A stretch of DNA of 64,000 nucleotides from positions 7,750,001 through 7,814,000 of the forward strand of contig CP075493.1 of NCBI GenBank assembly GCA_021613535.1, in the 5' to 3' direction. The DNA comes from Adineta vaga. Taxonomy: Eukaryota; Animalia; Rotifera. Positions 1 to 14,656 of the stretch are shown here, one piece after another (the stretch's first letter is position 1; the number at the start of each line of letters is the position of its first letter). The notes under the pieces were generated by a model. It was given only the letters and a program-made list of their open reading frames with translations. It was not told where the DNA came from and ran no database searches. The position numbers were made by a program, and so were the translations under genes.

Positions 1-1783
1 ATCTGAAGAATGTTCAAATGATGTATTGTCATGCATTGTTGATTTCTCTTCATTTTATTGGAAAAAATCCTTCTCTTTCTATCATCATTTATTCTAGTCT
101 CGTGCAAATGTCATTCTATTATTTCCTTTTCTATTTGACGAAAGAGAAATGGCTTATTTCTCTTCTCCCTCTTCCTTCTCATGATACTGAGAGGAGAAAA
201 CGAGAACATTTGATTAAAAGTAAAAGTTGTCTAATGAACTAGACAAGCAAAAAACACATACATATATAAACACAATGAATGCATAGATCAAGTGTGAAAT
301 ACATCCGCATTACTAATGACATCCCACCAGCATACATGTTGTTCTTTCAACAGAGAAAGAGAAAGAGAGGATCATTGGTATAGTTAGAAAATGCAAATTG
401 AGTCGTTCTTTCAAATGAAGACAAGCGTAGCAAATTCGAAATACATGACAAATGGAATGCAAACGAAGGTGATATCCTCTTCTTCGATTAAGCAATACTA
501 GACATCCATCTGTCGAACAATTAAAAAGATAAGAATAGAAAAGAATCGTATGTAACGATCTTTGAATGCATATCAATATATATGTACAATTTTCGCTCAC
601 TTATGTGAATATATATCAAAGAACATACGTCGTTCAATATTCTTGACAACAATAAGACTACTGTATCACTCGTCATGATGAGGTGTTTGATTGAACATGA
701 ACAACAGCCGATGCCGCTCACTTTCGCTGCCACTTCACTGTACATGTGTGTGACATACTCAATATGCAGAAAAGTATTGCATGTATGTGTCGATGTTTAA
801 CTTGATTAGATAGATTCTTCTTCACTTTGATGTCTATGTGTGAGATGGGATAGAGTGATTGTTTCTGTTGTCGTTCATTAAAAAGATCAACCTTACCTGT
901 GTATGAAATGTATTGCACGTGTGAAAGTTAGTGAACTTTGCATAGAAAATTTGTAATCAATCAATTAATCTTCTTTCAAACATGTTCTTTGATAAGCAAT
1001 GAAAGAATCGTTTTCTTTTTGTTCGTTGTCTTTTTGAACATCAATGATAATTAGCGATGTAGAAGATTAACATTTTGTCCATCTTTATTTCAATGATCAA
1101 TGAAAAAAATCCAATGTCCTTAAATTGTTTCAATTAATTAGAAAACAACAACAACAACAAAAATGATGATAATCTACAATTGATATTAAAAACTTGTTTT
1201 GTTTTGAATATTTTTTGAAAATGAACTTCATTGACAAATAATCGTAGAGATCAAACATACAAGCAAAGCAAGAAATTGTCCTGCTGGAATATGTTCTAAT
1301 TCTTTTTTTCATTATTCAAAAAGATCTTATTAAATTCTTTGAATAATTCAGAATAAATTTCAATTCACAAGGATGTATATATAATCAAATTTTTGAAAAG
1401 CTTCATATGGCTGTATTTGCTCTGTTCATAGTCTGCTATAAAGCAAGAAACTTACAAATCTATTCTGGTCATTGATTTTGCAGCGATAGAATTGTATATC
1501 AATGAATTATCTTTCGTGTAATTAATTGAAATAGAGCTTAAATTCGATAAAACATTTCTTTTTTCAGTTAATTTATAATGACAAGTATCACACCCTTTAC
1601 CTTCAATGTAGAATATTTTTGCATATCTAAGGTTTTATTTATATTATTCGTTGATGAAATCTATCTGCAGAGAACAAAGGAAAGAAAGCATATGATTTAT
1701 TAGAATAGTATCAACAAATTCGGGTGTTTTGTGTCGCGTTCATTTCTATTTGTCATTGATTCATACATCGTTTGAAAACGAAA

Positions 1784-4700
1784 ATGATCCATACGAAAAT
1801 CTCTTCACCATTACGTTCTGCATCACGACGAAGACGACAAACTAGTAGCGGAAGGTACCACATATAAATCGAAGTAGTTCTTTCCTATTGAAAATATATT
1901 TAGAAAATGTAATGGTTCAGCAAAAATTCGACAACAAGACGAGGAGACAATTTTGCCAGGTTTGACTTATGAAAAAAAACTAATATGATATACATATTGT
2001 TTGTTTTTAATATGAATAGATTTGATTCCTGCTCGTTATTCAAGTTTTTACAAACGAGGAAAAACACATCGAGAAGTTACTCATATATTTAGAAAAAAGA
2101 AAACATTTTTAATTGCACCGGATGGTAATACTATCAATGGTTTTCTCATGAAAATTTAAAGATTTTATTTAGCTTTCATACCAAATTCAAGTTTTCGTAC
2201 GGTATTTAAGCCAGAAGAAATTCTACCAGTTGAAGTCGAAGTTTTTCAATTACGATTGGTATAGATTATTTTTAATTATGAAAATTTATTAAATTCTTTC
2301 ATTTTAGGATATATTGAAAAATCTTGCGAAGATTGATAGAGAAAATTCCGATTGGGAAGAGAATGATGTCTCTGATCCGGTCGGTATGTCAAAATCAGCT
2401 AATGCAAAGAAAGTTAAAGGTTTGTTATGTGTTTCTACTTTGATTATATTTGATTGATTTCTTTTTTTTTAGGAATATTTGGAACACAACAGAAAGTAAG
2501 TTTAATTGAAAGTGTAATCGTTCGGTTTTTGTTCATCGATCAGTTTAGAATCAGAATGGTCTTACATCGGAAGATATGGCACAAAACAAATACTGGACTA
2601 AAGTAGTTTTGTTTTAATAAATTGAATTGTCATTTTATTCTTCACATGATATCAATTATTTGTTTAGGATACGATGCCAGAATTATTTAAACGAATGCAA
2701 AATGAAGTCTGGTGGAAACAAGTTAAAGATGATAAACCAAATCTTCTTTCAATGTTATTATATTTGACAGATATTATCAAATCCAAACGCATTGACTCGT
2801 ACGAATCTGCGTGTTATTACCTTATCGAAATCTTCCGGTATGAGATTTGGATAAATTCTAATGGCTTTTCTCATTCAGTATTTCTTTTTTTTTCTGCTTT
2901 CGAAGAACCTTTGGTATTGAATCATTATTTGTGAATCAAAACTTGAATATTCTTCTCAATCATCTATCAACTGATGAAAATGATCCATTGAATATTTGTA
3001 CTATTCGCACGATTGCTCAATTTATGATCGAACAAAAAGATCTCGTCATTCAATTACTTGAATATGCATTAAATTTTCCACCGGTAAAATAAATCTAAAA
3101 TCCAGTTTTAGCTCTCTCTCTCTCAAAAACATCTTTTTTTTCATTTTAGAGCAATATTGTTCGACAAGAAGTTATCAATGCAATTAGATTTATTACGGAT
3201 ACAAGTAGTTCAGATGATATCGATTTAGTCCTTGAAAATATATCTATTATTCACGTAAGTTTTAGTTTTCTATTCGGTTTTCTTTTATGATATATCAATA
3301 TTTATCCTTTTTCAAAGGATTATCCGGAAGATAATTTTTCATTGAAAGTTATTATAAAAAACCTTGCAAGTATGCCACGAGTAGTACTAGTTGAGGTAGT
3401 CAATGAAGACGATGAAACTAATGTGATTCATCCATTATTGAAGAAAATTTCGAAAGAAAGATGGTTTCCCAAGGAGAATATTCCAATAACTCTTGATTAT
3501 GTATTGAATGCAATCATAACGAAACTGTCAGATGCAACAAAATTAGTCGTCAAAACATTAACGGCACATCTCGTTCAATTATATCGGTAGATAGTCGAAC
3601 TTTTTAGATTTGACTGTCGAAAATATCTTGTTTTCTTTTTCGTTTAGTGCTATTGGTTATTCTAAGGAACAATTCGATCGGGTGTCGGATACTTTGATTT
3701 CATTACTATCGAATTCTGAAGCTGATTATCGTTTAATAGCGGCAACTAATCTTGCAAATCTGAAGAAAGAAACAAAATCAATTGATATTGCATTATTAAA
3801 TTCATTTATTAATGATCCTCGAGTAAGAGTTTTTTTTCTGCAATCATCATAACTAATATTATCCCTATTCGATAGATTCTTGTTAGAACTGAATGTTGTG
3901 ATTCATTGAAAATATTAACAGGAATTAATTCTGATACTATTTTAAAAGATTGTGCAGATGATATACCATATTTACAGGTATATATTGTTGTCTTTTAAAA
4001 AGAATGCTAATTTGTTTATCTTTAGACATTACCGGAAGAAAATTTTACTCTTCAGAATTATCTGAACGAAAAACATCGTGTTCCGACTCCATCAGTATCG
4101 ACTGAAAAAGAGCGAACCATACATATTGATGAAGAATCGATCCCATTACATCAAGATGAGGATATGCATCTGTCAGAAGTGAATGAAAACATGACTTCTG
4201 TACTTGTTTCTCGTTCACTTTCTTCTCAAATCATTGATCAACCAGCAGTCAACAATCCAATATCGGTGCTAATACAACCTGAATTCAGTATGACAGAAAG
4301 TGTGAAGCTACCGATAACACCAGTACAATCATTGAATCAAATTTATCTTGAAGAAAAACAGAACTCAATTTCATCGAATACATCAGACGAATTTGATCGA
4401 AAGCGTCAATCATTTGTTTCGGTAAAAACTACAATTTCTATTCAAAAAATTGAAAAACGGTGATTTATTATTAATTAATTTTGATTTCAATATATATTTA
4501 TCTTCTCTTCTAGTTCATCAGTTTTATCCAACACGACGAAAACGTCGAATTCCTATTCACTTCAAAATCGTATACATACAAAATCTAAATCTTTTTCGAC
4601 TTTTTTTCATTCGATCTTTTCTAGATGATTTCAAACAAAGAGAAGATGATGAAATTGAAGCAAATTTCGATTCACCTTCTCAAACAACAATTATCAGTGA

Positions 4701-6291
4701 CGCTGTTCAAATAATTCTTGAAGAACATAAACAAACAGTTGGTTTCTATCGTATGATACCGAATCGTCCAATTCTTATTCCACATAAAATTACTATGGAT
4801 GATATCTTCAGTGATCAATCACATGTGATTATTCATCAACATTTTTCTCGATTACACAATTTTCGGCGATGTACATTCCGATCATCGTCAGATCCGATAA
4901 ATTCTATGAGTTTCTTTGATTTTAATCACAATCAACGACGTTTGTATGAGATTGAATCCGTTCAATTACTCTCATCATTGGTTGTTCGTGCTATACAATT
5001 ACATAGACATCATGATCGATTTATTCCTGGATCATTTTCTGCAAATTTTCCTAATCTATTAACTATTACACAAATGCAATTGAATACATCGACCAATGCA
5101 AATACTTTATCTAAACTACCACCAATTTTATCAGCAAGACCAACATCAAGACAATATGCTCATATTCAATCGAATATACAAGCAAGAGCAAAGAAAGAAG
5201 GTATGACGAATCAGACTTATCCTTCGTTCTAACACTTGTCTATTCATAGGTATCAATATTTACAAAGCGCAAAGTATGCAGAATACTTTATCTCATCTTC
5301 TTAAAATTGACTCCGAACCATCGATATCATATCCTTTGAATTCTAAACGTACTGATGTCACACACGCTTGGCTTCTGATTCAATGTATGTACTTATTTAT
5401 TTCACACTTCTTTATTTTATTACGATGTTTTCTAGTATTGAAATCTGAAGGAATTATTTATTCGGAAAGTTATCTACAAAAAATCATTCATTCATATCCA
5501 AAATTTCTTCCATTACTTCATACAAGAATTCCACATCATCTGATTTCGGTTATTTGGAATGATCCGATTATGAAACATATTGCATCAATATTTAGTAATA
5601 AACAAGTAAGATGATTGATATAATCTGTTCGAATTCAAATTGATAATGTATTTAGAATTCAATGATCGATGATGGTTGTTCAATGAATGGAAGGTAAAAG
5701 AATTCTTCATTCTAATGAGAAGAAAAAGATTGTTTTGTTTTTGTTTCTTCAGTGATATCGGATCATCCATACCAATTACTGAGGATGAATATGCATTGAA
5801 TTGTTTTGATTATTTATCATTAATACATCGTGATGATCAGAAAAAGAGATTTTTACCACCTATTCGACAGACAAAAATGTAAGTAACATAGTATTGATTC
5901 AGTCTACCTAGATAATCGTTCTATATAGGCATTTACCACGTCAGATTCTTAAAACTGGCTTTGGTGAATTGGACAGAAATTCGAATGTATCATCGAATTT
6001 GTCTGTACCTGAAGAAAACAAATCAACATCTCGTAAACGTCGAGCTCATATGCATTGCATGGTTTGTTAGTTTTTGTCTCTAATTGATATTCCTTATTTT
6101 ATTCTCACTTTTAGATGTCTTCAAATGATAATATGGTAAGTAAATTGAAATTTCCTGCTTGAATATTGCATCTTTTCAAGTAGTCGGATCAACAGGATTC
6201 TATCAAAAGTCGATCACGACAAGTGTATAAACGCGATTATCAAACAACTTCATTCTTGCCAATTGTATCGCGTCTTTCAATGTATCATTAA
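1784..6291 (+). CDS. Multi-exon hypothetical protein with HEAT/ARM-like repeats and a low-complexity C-terminal half
   Basis: ATG at 1784 (MIHTKISSPLRSASRRRR). Chain of ORF fragments 2674-5882 is separated by ~55 nt GT-AG introns. HEAT-like segments include LISLLSNSEADYRLIAATNLANL and LLNSFINDPRILVRTECCDSLKIL. Last exon ends ...LPIVSRLSMYH-TAA at 6291. Family not recognised; could be more than one gene. Confidence 0.5.
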
Positions 6292-6687
6292 GACATCAAT
6301 CAAACAATTTCTTTTTTACTTATTTTGAAAAGTAGTTTGTTCGAAGATTGTTTAGTACATGAATAATAAACATTAAAAGTTAGAACATTACTTTCTTTAG
6401 AAATAATATAAAATCATATGTAGAATATTGAATTATACAGAATCGATTCTATTCATCGCAGAGCGACATCATTTTTATCCTTCATTTTTGTAGTTAAAAT
6501 CTATCGAACAACGAATCAGAAATATACATCCGTAAGCATGACGAAAAAGTGATTTACCTCCATCATTATCAGGCATCCTTTGTTTGTTTTTAGTATATAA
6601 TGCTGATCAAATTTTCGAATCGCACATTTCTTTCTTATAGATTGTAATCGTAACGTCTTATTTTGTCCTAGATTTACACAATTTACA

Positions 6688-7003
6688 ATGTCACAAGCTG
6701 AATTCGATAAAGCTGCTGCAGAAGTTAAAAACTTAACTAAAAAACCATCTGATGAACATTTACTTGAATTATATGGTCTTTTCAAACGTAAGTTATTTTA
6801 AATCTTCGAAATCGATAGATAATTATCAAGTTTTTCCTTGTACAGAAGCAACTGTTGGTGATAATGGTACTGACCGACCAGGCATGTTTGATATGAAAGG
6901 CAAATATAAATGGGATGCTTGGGATAAAAACAAGGGCATGACAAAAGAAGCTGCTCAAAAGAAATATATCGAATTAGTTCAACAGCTTCAAGCGAACCAA
7001 TAA
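6688..7003 (+). CDS. DBI: Acyl-CoA-binding protein (ACBP/DBI), 2 coding exons
   Basis: [34 protein letters not shown] | intron | [41 protein letters not shown] matches the ACBP signature. AATAAA at ~7060. Confidence 0.97.
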
Positions 7004-7177
7004 AAAAACAAAGTTTTTTTTAAATCTCGATACATTACTATCTTGTTTTGAACTTTATCAATAAAAGATCTTTCTGTTTTTAACACTACGAATATTTTTT
7101 TAATTATTTATTGCAATTTAAGTTATTCAAACAACATTAAATAGAATGAAACTATCAAATCTATTGATAATTAGTAA

Positions 7178-8440
7178 TCATACTGCAGAAGGTATCAGTT
7201 GTTGTTCCCATGTAGGAAATCTATTGAAATAATTCCTAATTCGTTTGTATCCACAACAGATAAAACATGGAAGTAAAAGAAGAAGTAGTGGTGAAGTAAT
7301 AATTAAAAGAATAATAAAAATTAAAAACAAACCGCCTGTCAGAAGTCGATGAAAAAATATCGATGAACGAGAATGACCAAGTCTAGAAGTAAAAGTTTGA
7401 AATATTATAGAAAATATATGATTATAACTACCGATTTCGACAAGAACCTCGTTCATAATGTAACAGGAAAAAATCAGTCTATTCACAAGCAGATATCGAT
7501 ATGTTTTAAGATTGCAAATGAAAATAAATTATACCTCTAAAGATTTCAGACAATACCAACAGAATATATGTTTACAATTGATACACGTAATTTGTGCGCA
7601 ACCAGTAATCCATTCCAAAGGAAAATGACACCGTGGACAATGTTTTATATTGGAATCAATTTCGTTTTCATCAACTATTCTAAACTTGACAAACTAAGAA
7701 TTGTAACAGATAATTTGATATTTACAATCGTTGAGAACAATGTTCATTTGGATGCCATTGACAACGACATTTTAAACAGATTGAATTTTGACACTGTTTA
7801 CATTAGAATGAATTGATATTTGAAAAAAAGTATTATCCTTCTTACTTTTGTGCAAGTGATAGGTTGTTTTTTATCTCTAGTCACAGTCAATATGTGACCA
7901 CAGTCTACATGTGGACAGAAAAGTCTTTGAGGATCTTTTGTCACTTCTAGAATGATTACGTATGAATAATTCGAATTAAAAAAAAAGGACAAATATATCA
8001 TACCATAGTCGAGGAGTAATTTTATATAGAAATCGAATTGGAAATCGGTAAGAAAAGATCGAATCTAAGAGAAAAATCGAACATTTAATAGTATGAGGAA
8101 ATCATGTCACCTACTTCATCAATAGATAACAAATTATTACAATTAATACTCGGACATTGGATTGGTACTGATCTAAATGCAATAAAATCTGAATTAACAA
8201 AGCAATATTATTTTCTCAAATTATACCCAATATTTACTTGACTAATACAATATTGACGCATACACTAGAATATAGTAGATTACATGAATTGATAGATTAT
8301 TCTTTTGAAATGTCAATACAAACCTCTGGACAGAACTGACAATTACATGATGTTATTTGATAGATTGCTGACCTGTCTTCTACATTATTACAACAAATTG
8401 AACATTGAAATATCAGTTTTTCTATATCTGTTGAAAACAT
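7178..8440 (-). CDS. RBR (RING-IBR-RING) E3 ubiquitin ligase with C-terminal transmembrane anchor, RNF144/RNF217-like
   Basis: Spliced translation gives RING1 (CSICC...CNCQFCPE-CMRQYC...IQCPSINC), IBR (LFCPHVDCGH...), RING2-type Cys/His exons at 7540-7790, and hydrophobic tail LLTGGLFLIFIILLIITSPLLLLLLPCFICC. Confidence 0.8.
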
Positions 8441-8682
8441 TTCAATCGCTCAGATCTTACACTATCCTGACTAGTTCAACAAATAAATCTTTGAAATCAT
8501 CTATAGAAGAAAAAGAAAATTCAATTCAATATCCTATAGCACTTTTCTTGGTCGTAGTATATTTTGGGTCAAAAACCCGCACAAGAAAAAACAATAATCT
8601 TTCAAAAAAAAATAAATATATACAACAATAACAACACACATTAATATATAAATCATATAATGAATATAAAAAATAGACTAAA

Positions 8683-9937
8683 TCAATTATCATCTTGAAC
8701 TTTCTCGTTGTTTACGATTTCGTTTTGTTCGGATTGTTCAATTTCTTTCTTTTCTATATCAATTACCTTGACTGTTTCTTCTTTGTTCTCTTTTGAGACA
8801 TCTAAAACATCCGAATGATATGAGAGAAAATAAAAATTTGGAGAAAAATTAACCTTTTTTTCGTCGAATTTTATGTTCAGTAGTACCATTCTGAAAAATT
8901 ATTAACTTACGATGAAATCGAAAACGACTAAATTCTACTTACTTCATTCTTTGCTTTCGACTTTTTCTTACGTACTATTGTTTTCTTCTTCGGTATTCCC
9001 TTTCCTTCATCTGTAGGTTCCATTAAAAAGTTTAAAATTCGTTCAGCATGATCAATATTTCGACCAGTAGATGACAAACCAAGAATAAGCGAAATTGATT
9101 GTAGCTGATCTTTTTTTAATCTACAATAGAAATTTAACTTGAATCCATCGAAAATAACTTCACGATATATTGTACTTAGTTAAATTGCTTAGATGTTTTC
9201 GATATTCATCACTTTTACATTCGAATGCAAATCCATTGAATTCTCGAAGATATTTTCGAATATTTGTTGAGTTCTTCAAAGAGAATGATTTATTTTTCTC
9301 AGCAAAACAACATTCTATTTCTCTTACTCCTCGTCGACCAAAACAAATAAAACGCATTCGAGTTAAAGCATCAGTTGAAGCATGACTAATTTGATAATTA
9401 ACTAAATCACATTTATTTAAAAACATCACAATTTTATGAATATTTTACTTACTATATTCAATTTCACCCAACGATTTTCCACGACCCTAAAATAATATAC
9501 ACAAATATTCGATTGTTACAACACAACTTCAATGAAATTCACCTCTGGAATAGTTAATTCTTTTTTTGTTGATGTTGGTTCGGCTAATTCAAGACGTAAT
9601 GTTGGTTTTCTTGAACGTTTTCCTTCGACGAGAACCGGTTGTTCAAAAAGTGCGTGTGTATCCATTTCCTCATCTTCTGTTGATTCACTTTCAGTTTTCG
9701 ATACATCATTGATTTTTACTTTTTCATCGACTACAAGTCGTGTTTCAAACGACACATCAGCTGGTTCTTCTTCACTGTTAATATCTTTTATTATTAGTAA
9801 TGATTGCTGTTCGCTTGATACATTTTTCTTGATAAAAACATCAGCAAGTAAGTACGAAAAAAAAAACTTCTTTTTCTTACTTCTTCATTGGAAGAAACTT
9901 CTTTGTGTATGGTGTCGAAGCTGTTTTCACTAGTCAT
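8683..9937 (-). CDS. DEK: DEK-like chromatin protein (pseudo-SAP/SAP region; no DEK_C domain apparent)
   Basis: VEGKRSRK..L, GRGKSLGEI, NIRKYLREFNGFAF and LQSISLILGLSSTGRNIDHAERILNFLMEP match the DEK central domain. ATG at 9937 has an acceptor AG 10 nt upstream. Confidence 0.8.
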
Positions 9938-10021
9938 GTCTTCTTATCTGAAAATTTTATCGACTGAATTGAAAACGTGTCTATTCAGTTTAGTTCAATT
10001 TTTCCTCGTTCCTTCTTTCTT

Positions 10022-10047
10022 TCTCTCTCTCTCTCTCTCTCTCTCTC
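10022..10047. repeat. (TC)n microsatellite
   Basis: Run of tctctc... seen directly, upstream of DEK. Confidence 0.9.
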
Positions 10048-10743
10048 CTTCGTAGTATAGTATAAACAATACCAATCGACATAAGAAATATATAGATTAG
10101 GTCGAGAAGTACAAAAGATAGATGGTGTATAGATACAATTTTTGAAAAGATATTCGAACATTATGACCTGCTGAATTATCTGACGATATTAAACAGCCAT
10201 TTACAACTTTTTCTATGTTGATTATAGTTTCACATTGTACATCGAAATGAAAATGAACAGATCACTTTGTATTCAATGGTAGATCATTATGATTAATTAG
10301 TTAATTAATTATAGTAGTATCTCAAGTCATACGTAAAGCTCGTACAGCAACATAGTTATAATGTCTGAAATGAATAACTTAGATCAGTACTTGTAAAACG
10401 ATTACCAAATACTCTCCCAGACGTTAACATTTTCCCATACCATAATGGATGATAGATGTCGTTAAAACAGATTCATACTGATATAAAAATAAAAAATAAA
10501 AATAATGTTGATGAATATGTATTGGTCGTTTCACAAATCAATTCCTTTTCTAGAATAAATAGAAATTGAATATATACTTCTTTTTTTGACTATTTTCGAA
10601 AGTTTATCTCACGATTGATTTGTTCCCATTTAAAAAACAACATGCTTATCATTACTAACATAACTAATAGAAATAAAAGTTATACTTCTTTTCCTATTTT
10701 AATATAGACATCATTTGAATATTATTTATATATGTAATAGAAT

Positions 10744-12147
10744 ATGTCATCAAATTCCAACGATCAATGTGAACATTGTCATAGTACATATTCATTTATT
10801 AAGAAAAAAGTAAAATCTACATGAATAAGTGTTTATTTCTATTGCTTGTTTGTTTGTTTAAATACTTTTTATTTAGAAAATTTGTGCAATCTGTCGTCTA
10901 TCATATTGTTCAAATTGTGCACCACGTGAACGTAATCAATCCTATCGTACTTGCCTTATTTGTCAGAAAATATCCAATGAATCAACAACGGATAGTCAAT
11001 TACTTGAATTAAAAGTGAAACATTTACAAAGTTATTTACAAGCAAAAAATATTGCCTATCATACGTGTACAGAAAAACAAGATCTTGTTAGTTTGATTAC
11101 ACGTAATCGAAATGTACCGTTTACAAATCTATATACTGAAGAAACATCTTCCGGGTCAAGTGGGATGAATCAACCATCTCCCAAACACCATCTAATCAAT
11201 CTTCAACAAGCATGCAACCGCCAAAATCGGATAATAATCCAAATCCATTTTCAAATCTTCAAAATACAGCATCATCATTTGCAAATCAAGTGAATAATTT
11301 TGCGTCAAATATACAAGATTATGTTACCAGTACAGTCTCGGGTGTTTTTAATCCAACATTTGACGGTTCATCAGAACAGTCGACTACAACAAATTCTAGC
11401 AATGCTAGTAGTGGAGCATCATTCAATTTTGTTTCAGCTAACAATAGACCATTCGATCGGACACATGCTACAGCTGGTAGTGCTGCTCGTGCAACATCAT
11501 CAACAACAGGCACTACGACTAATGCTCAGCGAGCTCACCCTCCTCCACCAACAGCAGCATCAGCAACAGCCAGAACTACTTCCGTAAGTTTATTTTCTAT
11601 TCGTAAATGAAAAGAACATGTATATATTGATATAATGTACTGTAGACTAAAAATCAGCAACCACGTCGTAAATCTCTTAGTGAAATAAAAGCTGAAGAAA
11701 ATATAGAAGATTTAAATATTCGTGAATTGAAAGAAATTCTTGCTGCTAATTTTGTTGATTTTAAAGGATGCGTCGAAAAAAATGAATTACTTGATAAAGT
11801 TCGACGACTTTATCGTGATAGATTAAATGAAAAACGTAAAGGTATATCGATTGATTTGATTTCTTTAATTCAATTGAAAACAATTCATTATTTGTTTTTA
11901 GCTAAAGAACTTGATGATTCTCCAGCTGGTGATAATGAATTATGTAAAATATGTATGGATGCTATTGCCGATTGTGTCTTTTTAGATTGTGGACATATGG
12001 TAGATTAATATTGAATCCAAAAAAAAACAAAATATTTATGACTTATCTTTTGTTTAGGTAACATGTGTAAAATGTGGTAAATTACTTGCTGAATGTCCGA
12101 TATGTCGATCAAATATCGTACGTGTCGTACGCGTTTTTAAATCTTAA
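10744..12147 (+). CDS. RNF34: RNF34/RFFL (CARP) E3 ligase: FYVE-like finger, two SAP-like segments, C-terminal RING
   Basis: [124 protein letters not shown]. Frame discontinuity near 11155-11210 (see findings). Confidence 0.9.
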
Positions 12148-13089
12148 ATTATATTTTCTGGTATTCAAAAGCTTGTCATTGTTTTTTTTATGTATTTGTA
12201 CAGTTATTTTCAAACAAGATTATGATGTTATTCGAACACAAATATACTTTTTTTTTGAAATATATAGAAAACCAAAGGATGTCAAAAGTTTTTAGTTTTG
12301 ATTCCTTTACAAAATATTAAATACATGAAAATGAATGTCTCGTCATTACATTCGCGTGATTTTGATAAATTTTGTATTTACAAGTGAATAGTCACATCGA
12401 ACGAATGAAAAAAAGAACGCACCATAGCAACTTAACAAACAACTAGAAATGTGCAATAGTTCTTTTGAGTAACAAAGGCCAATAGGATGATAGTGGCTTT
12501 TTATTTTATGTGCATTAACATATGAACCGAAATTCTCTCTCCGTAGAACTTCAAAATCTAGTAGTAAATCAACGTTTGATTAAAAATTGAAATATATAGA
12601 ATGAAATGTCACAGTCATATACATATTGGTACACCGTATCCTTTATGTTATATCTAGGTGAGTTACAGCTTATTTTAAAATGAGGTGATCATCTACCATA
12701 TAAAACACTCTTTATGCTTCGCTACCTCTAAATGACCCATTCTTTTTTTTTGTATCGTGACCTTTTTTTATGTTCATTCTTTCCTTGTGCAAGATTGTTT
12801 CTTCGACTGAAGAAAATAAGTTCAATGTAAAGAATGAAATTAATAATGGCATTCTTATCATTCAAGAGAACATAAATAGAATTCTCTTTTCAATATTCAT
12901 TCTAAAGTATACATAACTTCAAAAATATATTGACATGTGTTATTTATGAAAGAAAGTGTAACGATTGTGAAGGTAAAATATATACGTAAGTGTGCATATT
13001 CATCATGTCTTTCTTTTTATTGAATAGAAAAAGAAATAATTGAATACATGAAATTAATATAACATATTTGTTCTTTTATTTAGAAAATA

Positions 13090-14325
13090 ATGTCTTATTC
13101 TGAGAAAAATTATCAAAGACTGGAAACTGAAGTTTCATATGAACATTTACCAACGGATTATTCACAAGTAAATTTAGATTCATCGGTATTACCTTCATCA
13201 ACATCGAATGACTCATCAGAACAAGGTATATCCAATGAGCATGTCGATAAATCATGTTTTTGCTCAACGATCATATTTTCGATCAATTTTATCTCATCGA
13301 TTCTTATTATTAATTTATCTAAATGGTAAAAAAAAACAACCAAAGACACATTTAGAAAATTATTCTATATTCTATTTCTTTTATTCTAATAGGCTTTATG
13401 TTAAACATCATTTTCCAAATTTAACGTTGACAACAATAAATTTTTTTAGTTCATTTTGTCTTCTCTGCATTTGTTTACAAGGAAAAGTTTTTACTTATAA
13501 ACGATTACCAATTATTCGTATGTTACCTGTATCTCTATGTTTTGCTGGTTTTATTGCTTTTGGTAATCTTTCATTACAATACAATACAGTTGGAACGTAT
13601 CAACTTATTAAATTACAAGTAACGCCAAGTATAGTAAAACTAATTATTACAGAATTACATTCGTTTCTGATCAATTCAAAAATCTTTGTTTTCTTTTATA
13701 GCGGTGATGCTTATTAGTTGGTTGTACTTCAAATGTCATTATTCCCTACCGATAGTTCTTTCTTTTGTACCAGTTTTGATTGGAACATTAATCAGTACAT
13801 TTTATGATTTACACATGAATATATTTGGACTGTTCTGTAAGTTGTATTTATTTTCTTTTTGTTTGAATATTTATTCGAATATTTTTAGGTGCTATTACAT
13901 CTGTTGTTTTCACTGCTATGAATCAAATACTTGTTGAATATTATCAAAAAGAATATGATTGTAATTCATTACAATTATTATTTTATCAAGCACCACTCTC
14001 TGGTTTATTATTGTTAGTTGTTATTCCATTTTTTGAACCATTACATAATCTGGAAAATTTTATGAATTCAGATACTATTTCACTTGTCTTACTCTGTGGT
14101 TTAGTGGCATTTTTTGTTAATTTCAGTGTCTTTTGGGTGATTGGAAATCTATCTGCTGTTGCATATAATATGATTGGTCATTCGAAAACTTTGTTAATTA
14201 TCTTTTGTGGTTCTGTTATATTTCATGAACCGTTTAATCAACGACAGATATTTGGTTTAACGTTTACAATGCTTGGTGTTTTGATGTATTCCTATTTTAA
14301 ATATGGTCGAACAGTAACAAAATAA
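13090..14325 (+). CDS. SLC35E3: Solute carrier family 35 member E3-like nucleotide-sugar/triose-phosphate transporter
   Basis: NLSLQYNTVGTYQLIK, CNSLQLLFYQAPLS, AFFVNFSVFWVIGNLSAVAYNMIGHSKT; multiple TM helices; 3 introns. Confidence 0.88.
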
Positions 14326-14656
14326 TCTTATGAATATATAGATTTGTATTATTTTCACGTGTTGTAAAATAAAATCCATCAATCTGAATAGTGTTTTTTT
14401 ACTGAGAAACCTTTTTGATCATATTATTTCTTGAATTCAGACTAATTATTACTTGAAATAGATAGAATCTTTTAATAATAAAAGATTTTCTATCATGGTG
14501 TGTTAATAGTTAGTCAAAAATAGTGCATATTATTGAAATGATGAATAGATTAGTGGACATTCATTCATTCGATCAATAGAGTTCATAGAATATGCATAAG
14601 CGATTAAAAATCTACAGGTATTAATGTACCAATTGCGTGTGTCGATTTTCGAAGAG

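Noticed and set aside
18-1312. Short ORFs at window start
   Set aside because: No recognisable motifs or consistent splice pattern; composition looks like AT-rich UTR/intergenic DNA.
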